Positions 1 to 9,519 of a stretch of DNA of 64,000 nt are shown here, in pieces. Each line of letters opens with the position of its first letter. The stretch's first letter is position 1. The stretch is from NCBI GenBank assembly GCA_963744995.1, contig CAVUWA010000002.1, forward strand, positions 928,001 to 992,000, written 5' to 3'. This stretch comes from Candidatus Eiseniibacteriota bacterium. Its GTDB lineage: Bacteria > Eisenbacteria > RBG-16-71-46. Under the pieces are notes generated by a model. That model was given only the letters and a program-made list of their open reading frames with translations. It was not told the DNA's origin and searched no databases. The translations under genes and the position numbers were made by a program.

Positions 1-984
1 CGGGCGCAGCTCTCCGGAAACGCGCTGTCCCTCAGCGGCGATGACCAGTACGCCTGCACCGACGTCGCGATCGGACAGCCGGCGCAACTGACCTTCGAGG
101 CGTGGGTGCGGGTTCCTGTCGACGCGACGCACGGGGTGATCGTCGGCAACCACTACCACGGCGTGCTGTGGGAGTCCGTGGAGTTCTGGAGCAACCAGTT
201 CATCATCACCAGTTCGAACTCATCCGCCGCCCGTCAGGAGATCCAGTACAACTACCCGAACGACGGACAGTGGCATCATGTGGCCGCCGTCTGGGACGGG
301 GCGAACCAGTGGGCCTGCATCGACGGGCAGTTGGCGAGCGGTCCGCAGGCGGCCCCGCTGGGGCCGTGGGCCTCCACCCAGCCGCTGTGCATCGGTGGTC
401 GCGTCAGCGTCGACCAACCCCTCGCGGTGTCGGAGCTGCAGGGCCTCATCGACGAGCTGCGGATCTGGACCGTCGCGAGAACTCCGGGCCAGATTCAAAG
501 CACGATGCATCAAACCCTCGGCCCCGAGTACTACGCGTCCGCCGACAGCAGCCTCTGGGCCTACTGGAGGTTCGACCAGCTCGAGGATCTCGGCGTGGGG
601 ACCGCCGGCACGAACGACGTGCGTGACTTGGCGGTGACGGGCGCTCATGCGGACGTCGTGGGCGCAGCCCTCACGCACACGGTTTCGGTGCCTGCTGCGC
701 GGCTGGAATCGCGAATCGAACTCGCGGCTTATCCGAATCCGACGCCGGCGAACTCCACCGTCCGCTTCGTGCTGCCGACGGAACTCGACGTGGATCTCGC
801 CGTCTACGACCTCGGTGGCCGGAGAGTGCGGACGCTGATGACGGGCCCTCAGCGGGAGGGGCCGCATGCCGCGGATTTCGACGGGCGCGACGCCATCGGC
901 AGGGCGTTGCCGAACGGCCGGTACTTCGTGCGGCTGAACGCGGGGAGCCGGACGCGCACGGTCGGCCTCACCCTTCGGCACTAG
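1..984 (+). CDS. 5'-partial LamG/concanavalin-A-like domain protein with C-terminal FlgD-Ig/T9SS-like domain
   Basis: Frame is open from base 1. LamG motifs TFEAWV, DGQWHHVAAVWDG, GLIDELRIW. Tail YPNP...VYDLGGRRVRTL...FDGRDAIG...GRYFVRL. Confidence 0.85.
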   Translation, partial: RAQLSGNALSLSGDDQYACTDVAIGQPAQLTFEAWVRVPVDATHGVIVGNHYHGVLWESVEFWSNQFIITSSNSSAARQEIQYNYPNDGQWHHVAAVWDGANQWACIDGQLASGPQAAPLGPWASTQPLCIGGRVSVDQPLAVSELQGLIDELRIWTVARTPGQIQSTMHQTLGPEYYASADSSLWAYWRFDQLEDLGVGTAGTNDVRDLAVTGAHADVVGAALTHTVSVPAARLESRIELAAYPNPTPANSTVRFVLPTELDVDLAVYDLGGRRVRTLMTGPQREGPHAADFDGRDAIGRALPNGRYFVRLNAGSRTRTVGLTLRH

Positions 985-1163
985 CCGGGCGGCGCCGGTT
1001 GCCCGCAGCGCCGGCGCCGTTCACCGGTCCGCATGCGTCCTGCAGCGCGCACCTGCACGGGAAGCCGAACGCCGAACTCGACCTCGCCGGTTGCCGCCAG
1101 TAGCGGGCATGGGCGAAACGATCCGTTGAGCCGGTTCTGCCCCGAGAGTAGGCTCACCCCGCC

Positions 1164-1781
1164 ATGACGACGATGCTCGACGCCGATTCGGCGCGCTGGC
1201 TCGCCGAGCTGCGCAGCGAGGGGCCAGTCCGGACTCGGGCGGTTGCACGCCTTCACGCCATGCTGAATGGCGTGGCTCGAGCCGAAGCCGCGCGCCGCCG
1301 GGCACTGCTCCCGGCGGATGTCGTGGCGGACCTCGACGACCTGTGTCTGCAGGCGGCCAATGACGCCGTGGTCGCGATACTCGGCAAGCTGGATCGTTTC
1401 CGCGGGGCGAGCCGGTTCACGACCTGGGCCTACAAGTTCGCGCTTCTCGAGACGTCCGTGCGCTTGAGGCGCAGGGCATGGAGTGCCCGACGCGTGGCCC
1501 TGGACGAGGCATCGTGGGGGCGCCTCGCGGACCCATCTGGGGCATCCGAACTCTCCATCGAAGAGAAGGAGCTGCTGACCGCCGTAAGAGAACTCGTGGA
1601 GACGAAGCTAACCGAGCACCAGCGTCACGTGTTTCTGGCGGTGGTGGGGGACGAGATCCCGATCGACGTCATCGCCGAACGCCTCGGCAACACTCGTGGC
1701 GCGGTGTACAAGACACTGCACGACGCCCGCCGAAAACTGAGGAATGCAGCGGCTACCATGGGACTCCTGGGGGCGGAATGA
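1164..1781 (+). CDS. ECF RNA polymerase sigma-70 factor
   Basis: Region 2 motif FRGASRFTTWAYKF; region 4 HTH IAERLGNTRGAVYKTLHDARRKLR; 205 aa. Confidence 0.9.
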   Translation: MTTMLDADSARWLAELRSEGPVRTRAVARLHAMLNGVARAEAARRRALLPADVVADLDDLCLQAANDAVVAILGKLDRFRGASRFTTWAYKFALLETSVRLRRRAWSARRVALDEASWGRLADPSGASELSIEEKELLTAVRELVETKLTEHQRHVFLAVVGDEIPIDVIAERLGNTRGAVYKTLHDARRKLRNAAATMGLLGAE

Positions 1782-2011
1782 AAGAGGATCTGCGCAATCG
1801 ACTTCTCGGGAGCGGCCCGAGGGACGCAGGCTGCGATGCCGGCTTCGAGGTGCTCGATGAGTATGCCGAAGCCGTGGCGCAGGGCCGCGATGTCGCGCGG
1901 CTGTTCCCCGGGGTGGTCGCGCACCTGGCCAGTTGCGCGGCCTGCCGCGAGGACACGGAGGGACTCATCGCGGCCTTGAGGCTGCCGATGCCCCCCGACG
2001 AACCCAGGTAA
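1778..2011 (+). CDS. Small soluble zinc-binding anti-sigma factor (ZAS type)
   Basis: ATGA overlap with the sigma stop codon; CDAGFEVLDEY...HLASCAAC matches HxxxCxxC; 77 aa. Confidence 0.8.
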   Translation: MKEDLRNRLLGSGPRDAGCDAGFEVLDEYAEAVAQGRDVARLFPGVVAHLASCAACREDTEGLIAALRLPMPPDEPR

Positions 2012-2087
2012 GAACCGGAAGTTTGACGTCGCCAATGGGTCGAACATCACCCGGATGCCCCGGGTGCATGAACCCAGGAGACGTCCC

Positions 2088-2964
2088 ATGACTCGATTCA
2101 AGACGGCCATGGTGGAAGGACTCTCGGTCTTCTACCGGGAAGCCGGCGATCCGGCGAATCCGAAGCTCGTCCTGCTCGGCGGCTTTCCGGCGTCCTCGCA
2201 CCAGTTCCGCGACCTGATCCCTGCGCTGGCGGACAGGTTCCACGTCGTCGCGCCGGACTATCCCGGCTTCGGCAACACCGACATGCCCGACCCCGCGAGC
2301 TTTTCCTACACGTTCGATCATCTGGCCGACGTGATCGACGGGTGGCTGAAGGTCATCGGATTCAAGCGTTTCGGCCTGTTCATGCAGGACTACGGCGGCC
2401 CGGTGGGATTGCGGATCCTGACGCGGAATCCCGACTGGCATGGAGTGGCTCATCCTGCAGAACTCGAACGCGTACGAAGTCGGATTCACGAGCGCCTGGG
2501 ACGGCCTGCGTCACGCGCTGTGGACGAAGCGCACGCCCGAGACCGAAGAGGCGCTGATGCCGTTTCTGAGCCTCGATGGAATCAAGATGGCCTACCAGCA
2601 CGGTTATCGCGACCCGTCACGCATCAGCCCGGACAACTGGAACATGGACTTCCGTTTCATGGAGCGTCCCAACGCACGGCGGGTGCAGCTCGATCTGTTC
2701 TACGACTATCGCACCAACGTCGCGCTGTACCCCGAATGGCAGGCCTTCCTCCGCGAGCGGCGCCCCGAGACGCTCATCTTCTGGGGGCAAAACGACATCT
2801 TCTTCACCCCCGAGGGCGGCGAGGCCTATCTGGCCGATCTGCCCGACGCCGAGCTCCATCGTCTCGATTCGGGGCACTTCGCCATCGAAGACTCGCTCGA
2901 GGTGATCGCCGCGAACATGCGGCGCTTCTACGACGAGCGGGTGGCGGCGACGTTGGCGATGTAG
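2088..2964 (+). CDS. Alpha/beta hydrolase (epoxide hydrolase/haloalkane dehalogenase-like), split by a 1-nt frameshift near 2439
   Basis: AGGAG RBS. GFPASSHQFR, APDYPGFG and MQDYGGP lie in one frame; QNSNAY, IFWGQND and SGHFA lie in the next. Confidence 0.85.
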
Positions 2965-3088
2965 GCATGCGGCGGCGCCCCGGTGGGGGGCGCTGCCCGA
3001 CCGGAAACTCGCGCCCGCGGCACACCGCCCGACGGTGGATGTGGCGGTGATGAGCGGGGCCGGCCAAACCTCGATGGCACGCAGGCAT

Positions 3089-3598
3089 TCAGTCCAACTC
3101 GCGACACCCGGGTCTGAGCGCGCGGGTCGCGGGAGCGGCGCCGGCATCTCGAGCGCCGGAAACACGGCGTCGGGAAGGAAACGACAGCAGGAGTGCACCC
3201 GCGGCGAGGCCGCAGACCTCGAGGATCGCGAGGCAGCCCGCACTCAAACGGAAGGCATCGCCCCGGAACCCTCGTGGCGCGTACGCGACGTGATCCGGCG
3301 TGTTGAGGATATAATGGAATGCGAGGCCGTATGAGAGGGCTGCCGCCATCGAAGCCGAGAGGACGAGTGCTCCTGCGACGCGTCGCCCCCCAAGCAGTGC
3401 GGCAAGCGCGATGAGCGGCCCGACGTACACCGCCGCGGCGATCACGAGCAGGCCGGCGTGGTGACCTGCCGGCACGGCGAGCACTCCATGAGCGACGCCG
3501 TGGAGGGTCGCAACGGCGAGGTGCATGACGATGACGGTCAGCGCCAATCGTTCTCTCGCCGACCTCACGGTTCTTCTCCCGGGCAGGGAATCCAGCAT
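3089..3598 (-). CDS. Hypothetical His-containing integral membrane protein (about 4 TM helices)
   Basis: Four hydrophobic segments; HLAVATLHGVAH and FHYILNTPDHV; ATG at 3598 lies directly after an ECF41-type promoter. Confidence 0.6.
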   Translation of the reverse strand: MLDSLPGRRTVRSARERLALTVIVMHLAVATLHGVAHGVLAVPAGHHAGLLVIAAAVYVGPLIALAALLGGRRVAGALVLSASMAAALSYGLAFHYILNTPDHVAYAPRGFRGDAFRLSAGCLAILEVCGLAAGALLLSFPSRRRVSGARDAGAAPATRALRPGCRELD

Positions 3599-3608
3599 CG
3601 AAGAGTAG

Positions 3609-3635
3609 GACGAGCAGCCCCCCGCCGATGTGACA
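3609..3635 (-). promoter_or_regulatory. ECF41-type promoter TGTCACA-N16-CGTC
   Basis: Exact match on the minus strand (plus strand gacg 3609-3612, tgtgaca 3629-3635); an ECF41 gene lies within 1 kb. Confidence 0.75.
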
Positions 3636-3646
3636 CGAGGGATCCC

Positions 3647-3674
3647 TGTCACGCCCGGGGCCCTCGATCTCGTC
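3647..3674 (+). promoter_or_regulatory. Divergent ECF41-like promoter TGTCACG-N17-CGTC
   Basis: One mismatch and a 17-nt spacer; points at the ECF gene starting at 3801. Confidence 0.5.
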
Positions 3675-3800
3675 TTGTGAGCAGGCGGGCGGGGCGGCCG
3701 GTCGGACCCGCCGAACTCAGTCGCTCGGCGGCACAGCCTCCGTCTGCACACGGATCACGAGCGAACCGAAGGTTCCCGCGCGAGAGGGGGTGACCGCGGC

Positions 3801-4399
3801 ATGCATGGATTCGAGGAGACCGCTGTTCCGGAACTCGCGAGGGTGACTGCGTTCGCGCTGTCCCTGACCCGGAACGAAGCCGATGCGGACGACCTGGTGC
3901 AGGAGACGTTCCTGCGGGCGCTCAAAGGGTGGCACACGTTTACGCCCGGAACGGATTGCCGTCGGTGGCTGTTCACCATCTGCCGCAACACGTTCATCCG
4001 GTTGAACTCGCGGAAGCGCCTGGTCGTCCATCTGGACGATGGGGACCTGGACGCCGCGCCGGCGGCCGCCGTGCACATGCAGGCCGTGCGCGACGGGGTG
4101 GCGGATGCATTCGACCACATCGACGTGCGCCCGGCGATCGAGGCGGCCGTACGGGCGCTGCCCGAACCCCATCACTCGATTCTCGTGCTGGTCGACCTGG
4201 AAGGTCAGAGCTACGAGGAGGCCGCCGCGGTGCTCGGCATACCGCTGGGAACGGTACGCTCACGCCTGTACCGCGCGCGCCGCCACGTGCAGGAGGCGCT
4301 CCTCGCGCACGCCGCGATGCGGGCATCGGCCACCGGCCGGAAGCGCGGCCACGCGGGTCCGTCACCCGTCGAGCGGGAGCTTGTCCGGATTCACGATGA
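3801..4399 (+). CDS. ECF sigma factor (copy A), probable frameshift near 4313
   Basis: DADDLVQETFLRA, WLFTICRN, SYEEAAAVLGIPLGTVRSRLYRAR. Restoring one base gives AHARDAGI with a stop at 4399, matching AHARDMGI in copy B. Confidence 0.85.
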
Positions 4400-5278
4400 A
4401 GAAGATTCTGCGGATCCGATTTCCGGCCACGGAGATTGCTATCACGTTGTGGAGCCTGCCGTCCCAGCGGGTCAGTACCGCAGGCTCCCCATTCACCCGA
4501 TCCAGCTGATACTCGATGCTCACGTCCGCCAGCCTGCGGCGAGCAGTCGCGATGAGTCCGGCGAGATAACGGGCCACCGTGGCCGCACCGGAGACGGGGC
4601 GGCGCGCGGTGAAGACCTTGCCGCCGCCGTCCGCGTAGGAGACGACGTCTTCGGCGAGAATCGCAACGAAGGCGTCGACGTTGCCGTGACGTGTCGCTTC
4701 GAGGAACCGGTACAGGAGCCGCTCGTGCTCTTTTCGATCGAACGGCTCCGTCACCCGCCCCGCCGCCTTCAGACGCTTCAAGGCCCGTCGATGGATCTGG
4801 CGGCAGTTCTGCTCGCTCTTCTGCACGACGGAGGCGATCTGCCTGTAGCTGTATAAGAACGACTACTTCAAGACGAGCACTGACGCTGGGCGGGGCTAAG
4901 GCGCTAGAGCATGACGAGGAAGGCCACGGAGAGATCATAGGCCAACTCATGAAGGACGGCAGGATAGCTGATCAGCGCGTACGCGGCGCTGCCGACCAGC
5001 GGCTAGGGAAGCCATGGACGGAGGTATGCGATGCGGCGGGCGTGCGCAGATCTGAACGCATCGATGCAGAGGCGGGTCACCAGCAGGATGAGGTAGGCGC
5101 AGGGCCTGGTGATGCTCTCGCGATCGCTCGCGCTCACGCGTGCACAGCGGAGATAGGCGTACTGGAGGAAGTACTAGGACTAGGTGAAGGATAAGAGCAT
5201 TAGATATGAGAAGCAGAACAGGAGAGAACGCTAGCGCTAGAACGTTGTGAAGGCGGCAAAGCGGCGAGCTGCGCGCAT
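4362..5278 (-). CDS. sigJ: ECF41 (SigJ-family) sigma factor with SnoaL-like C-terminal extension; 5' half corrupted
   Basis: Intact C-terminal DGGGK, VNGEP and NPDKL motifs. The corrupted 5' half still reads YLR, VTRLCID and PWLP*PLV (consensus WLPEP). Start is approximate. Confidence 0.8.
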
Positions 5279-5542
5279 CTCACGGTACTCACACAGGCAG
5301 CAGACCGCGGGCTAGCGCAAGAGATAAAGGGAAGGCTGGAAGGTGAGAGAAGGAACAGGAAACATACCTTCTAGCTCAGTTTAGATAGAGCTAGAATAGA
5401 ACAGCGTTAGTTAGATAGGGAGAGAGAGTGCGCAGGACGGGCGATGCTGTGATAGCAAGACGAGAGTCGCTGGTGCCACGATGTGACACCGGCGACCGAT
5501 TCGGTAGTGACGCAGCCGGCCTCCCGAATCGCATCTCCCACT

Positions 5543-6690
5543 TCAGCGAGCCACGATCCCGCTCGCGAACGTAGGAATAGGTAAGAACTCACGGATGGGA
5601 GTCAGCGCGCTATCGCTCTCGGCGCGGAATCCGCTCACGGAAACACGAGCATTACGCACGTAGAGAAACAGTAAGCGAGGGGTGAAGTAGGCGTACTGCG
5701 GAAGGCTGAAGGGGCGAGTCACGACTGCCACGGGATACTAGAGAGACAGCGCTGCGCGGACGCAGATGGCGAGCTCAGATACAGTGCAGCTGCAGGTGTT
5801 GGTAGTGTACGAGTGCAGCGAGTACTGCGAGATGGCGATATAGCAGGAGGCGGACTGGGTGGTTTAGAAAGGCGAGGAGAAGAGTGAGAGGTGGAAGTAG
5901 CAGCCTACGAGATACGAGGACGCGGTGGAAAGGCAGTTAGCGCTAGCGCGGGCCTCGGACACCACGAGGTAGCTACGCTGGTTGAAACTGAACCCGAACG
6001 GGGTCAGACCGGCGGACGCCACCGTTTGCGGTGCACCCGCGCGCCCATCGGCACCGACGACGTATGTGGTGATGTCGTTCGTGTTCTTCTCCGTGACCAC
6101 GAGCACGTCGCCGTTCGGCGTGAACTGGATCTGTGCGGGGCCCGTGCTCTGTCCGCTCAAGGGTCGGGTCGATCCCGGGATCGGAGCGAGGGTCCCGCCC
6201 GTGGCGATCCGGAAGGGGGAGACATTCCCACCGTTGCCCGCGTTGAGCACGTAGAGGAGGTCGCTCTCGACGGTCAGACTGATCGGTTGCTGGCCGCCGG
6301 ATGGCACCGGCGCGCCGTTGGGCTCCAGACCCGCCCCGGCCACTCTGAACCCGGTGATGTCGTCGCTTCCCGCGTTGACCGCGTGGAGGAGGCGGTGGTC
6401 CTCCGTGAACGCCATGGCGAGCTGGTTCCCGAGCCCTGGCTCGTGCTCAGCGCGCCGGTGGGTACTTTCCCGGCGGCCGTGAGCCGGCCGTCGGCGGCAC
6501 GCGCGAAGACGAGAATCTCGTTCCCGCTCGCGTCGTTGCTGGTCGGATAGACGGCTCCGGATCCGCTGGCGGCGGCGCTTGCGGCCCGGGTGCTCACGTG
6601 GGGCTCGGGGCGCAGCACCTGCGAGCTCGGCTCGCATGCGGTTACCAGCACGGCGGCCGCAACGGCAAAGACGTGTTTGACACTGGCCAT
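5543..6690 (-). CDS. Lipoprotein beta-propeller lactonase family (6-phosphogluconolactonase-like), frameshifted and corrupted at the 3' end
   Basis: AAGGAG RBS; lipobox-like VLVTAC; SNDASGNEILVF, AVNAGSDDIT, PISLTV..LYVLN, GPAQIQFTPNG, TPFGFSF. C-terminus FLYVRNA...SGIVAR* is recovered in ORF 5543-5731. Confidence 0.8.
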
Positions 6691-6983
6691 CTCGGGCTCC
6701 TTGGTCGATCGCTGCGTATGGGTCGATGCCACGCTGCGCCGCTCCACGGCCGCCGCGGGCGCTCCACGAACGATCGATGAAGTCCGCGAAGGCCAGATCG
6801 GTTCCCTGACGCGCAACCCCGGATCCCCGCCGAGCACGATCTCCCGACCTTTCATCCGCGAGCCGCACCGGCTCGAGTGGGGTTCGGTGAAATCCGACAT
6901 GGATCTCTCCGTGATCCTCGTGTTCGTCGTGATCCGGCGCCGTACCGACCGACTCAGGGCGGCTCAAGTCTGGTCTGGCTCGC

Positions 6984-7237
6984 TCATCCCGGCAGCCGGA
7001 GCACTGCGAGCACCTCCGCTGGCGGCCGAGAGGGGTCCGAGTGCTGCCTGCGGAGCTCCGTAATGGTTTGCACGAGACGCCTCTCGAACTAGAAGTGCGC
7101 GCGGCACCCTTCACACAAGGCGAGGTGCTCGTCGATCGCGCCGACGTGATCGGCACTGGCGCGACGTCCAGGTACTCCCACAGCGAGCGCACGACTTCAG
7201 CACAGTCAAGCGGTCTCTCAGGCATCATGGAATCCAT
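6984..7237 (-). CDS. ZAS anti-sigma factor (RsrA/RshA-like), with a frameshift and an internal TAG (likely errors)
   Basis: DCAEVVRSLWEYLD, then in a shifted frame IDEHLALCEGCRAHF (HxxxCxxC); lies immediately after ECF copy B. Confidence 0.75.
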
Positions 7238-7243
7238 TTCCGC

Positions 7244-7808
7244 TCACGGTCTGAGAGCATCGGATGGAACGGTGCTGGTGTGGCTGACGATCCCCATGTC
7301 GCGGGCGTGCGCGAGGAGCGCCTCCTGCACGTGGCGGCGCGCGCGGTACAGGCGTGAGCGTACCGTTCCCAGCGGTATGCCGAGCACCGCGGCGGCCTCC
7401 TCGTAACTCTGACCTTCCAGGTCGACCAGCACGAGAATCGAGTGATGGGGTTCGGGCAGCGCCGTACGGCCGCCTCGATCGCCGGGCGCACGTCGATGTG
7501 GTCGAATGCATCCGCCACCCGTCGCGCACGGCCTGCATGTGCACGGCGGCCGCCGGTGCGGCGTCCAGGTCCCCGTCGTCCAGATGGACGACCAGGCGCT
7601 TCCGCGAGTTCAACGGATGAACGTGTTGCGGCAGATGGTGAACAGCCACCGACGGCAATCCGTTCCGGGCGTGAACGTGTGCCACCTTTGAGCGCCGCAG
7701 GAACGTCTCCTGCACCAGGTCGTCCGCATCGGTTCGTCGGGTCAGGGACAGCGCGAACCGCCCCACGCTTTCGATGTGGGGGAGTGAGGTGGCTTCGAAT
7801 CCATCCAA
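7244..7808 (-). CDS. ECF sigma factor (copy B), several single-base deletions
   Basis: Core is nearly identical to the reverse complement of 3851-4313; probable TTG start (MDGFEATSLPH) after GGGGAG. Confidence 0.8.
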
Positions 7809-8178
7809 GCGCCAGTTCTCCCCGTCGTGGAATCCACTCGTGGTGGCCGCGGACCGCGGGGCCTGTTCCTGTATGAAGTCCCGGACCGCCGTTCGAGTTC
7901 CTCCCGGCCAATCTTTGACCGGCGGCGGTTGCGAGCGCCGGCATGACACCGGTGCTTCGGAGATGGAACTCGCCGGGGGTCCCTGACTTGTTCCGGGCGA
8001 ACCCCGCCGGCGGGGTCGAATTCCTTCCGGAGCCGGCGCAGCACGCCGGTACCCGTCCCGCACACACTGCCCAGGGCGGGTGCACAGCGAGGCTGCGCAT
8101 GAATGCGACCATTTCGCTCGCCATGATCGCGCTTGGCCTGCCGTGGCGGCGCGGTCTGCCGAACGGAGGCGATGAACG

Positions 8179-8807
8179 ATGATCGGTGAACCGTACGGGT
8201 CCACCCGCCGCAGCGCCGGCGAGGGTGCCTCTCCCGCATCCGAACCGGGATTCGAATCCTCGGTGTGAGCGGCAGTCTGCGTGCTCGGTCGTTGAACACG
8301 GAGATGCTTCGCGCGGCGTCGACCTGGCGCCGCAGGCGTGCAGATCACGGTTGCTTGCGGGGTTGGACAGCCTTCCGCACTTCAATCCCGATCTCGACGC
8401 GGAGGGAGCGCTGCCTCCACCGTCTGTCGGGCGCCTCAGGCAACGGATCGGCCGGGCGACGCGGCCTCCATCTGCAGCCGGAATACGCCATGGAGTGCCG
8501 GCGTCTGAAGAACGCGCTCGATTGGCTCGTGAGCTTCCGGGCGTGCTCGACAAACCGGTGGGTCTGCTCAACGCAGCCCGCGGGCGACGCACGCTCAGGC
8601 GTCACTCGCCGAAACGCTGCGCACGATGTCCATGACGTGATTCCCACGGCTTCGATCGCCGTCCCGGGATGGGCCATGCACGGACCGCCACGGACATCGC
8701 GGAAGATCCGGTCCTGTCGGCGGCCTGCGTCGCGTAATCGAGGCAATGGTGAGGGCCGCGAGCGAGTTCGCGGGAGTCAGATCCCGCAGGCAGACGGGAT
8801 TCCGTGA
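8179..8807 (+). pseudogene. NADPH-dependent FMN reductase family, multiply frameshifted (errors or decay)
   Basis: Fragments across frames: RILGVSGSLR, LPHFNPDLD, PEYAHGVP, LKNALDWLVS, KPVGLLNA, HAQASLAETLRTM. Ends are approximate. Confidence 0.75.
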
Positions 8808-8917
8808 ACTCACGCTGCACGAAGCGGTCGGTCTCGTTCGTCCCTCGCACGAAGTCCCGACCATCGACACGAACGGGTCGTCGCCACATCGGCGCGAACG
8901 CGCCGGGGGAGGCCATC

Positions 8918-9250
8918 ATGCAGATCGACGCAACACATGCACACCTGTCACGCTAGCGCGCATCGCGGCATGCATCCCGCTTTCGCAAATGTCTTCCGCA
9001 CGAGCGACGCCTTGAGCCTGCCATGGTTCGTGTCGTCCTCGCGGCGTGCTGTTCCCACACGGCGCGCAGCACCTGCTGGGCTGGTTCGGCGGGTACGGCT
9101 TCGCGGGCACCTACCATTGGATGGCCGGCATCGGGTTCCGGGACCCTGCCGGCGATCGCGATCGTCACCGAATTCGTTGCACCCTCCTGCTCGTGGTCGG
9201 GTTTGCAAGCCGCCTGGCGGCGCTCGGCGTCGTCGGCCTCATGCTGGGAG
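8918..9250 (+). pseudogene. DoxX family membrane protein, frameshifted and truncated
   Basis: GGAGG RBS; LFPHGAQHLLGWFGGYGFAGT, AIVTEFV, LLVVGFASRLAALG. Homology stops abruptly near 9250. Confidence 0.7.
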
Positions 9251-9519
9251 GTGAGCGTGTCAGCGGCTCATGTGGTCGGAGCGCTGGCGGGGATGGAGGG
9301 GTTGTCTCTCTCGGCATGGCGCGGGTTGATCCGGGCGCGGGGCTGGTGCTGGGTGCGATGAGGTACGGCGGAAGGACGCCGTGATGAAGGTTGCGCGCGT
9401 GCTGCAGCGCTCGCAGGGATGGCGCTCTGCGCGCTCCGCGTATCGGACGGGTGTCCCGGGGCCCGACGCCGCGGCGGCGCCGGCGGGGAGGGTCGCGGAC
9501 CGTCACAGCAGCGGCAGCC

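Noticed and set aside
3801..4856. 351-aa ECF sigma with a long C-terminal extension, as given in the ORF track
   Set aside because: The extension is the antisense of the ECF41 gene and arises from a probable missing base near 4313.
3851..7758. Diversity-generating retroelement (template/variable repeat pair)
   Set aside because: There is no reverse transcriptase in the window. The repeat differences are few, synonymous and not adenine-specific.
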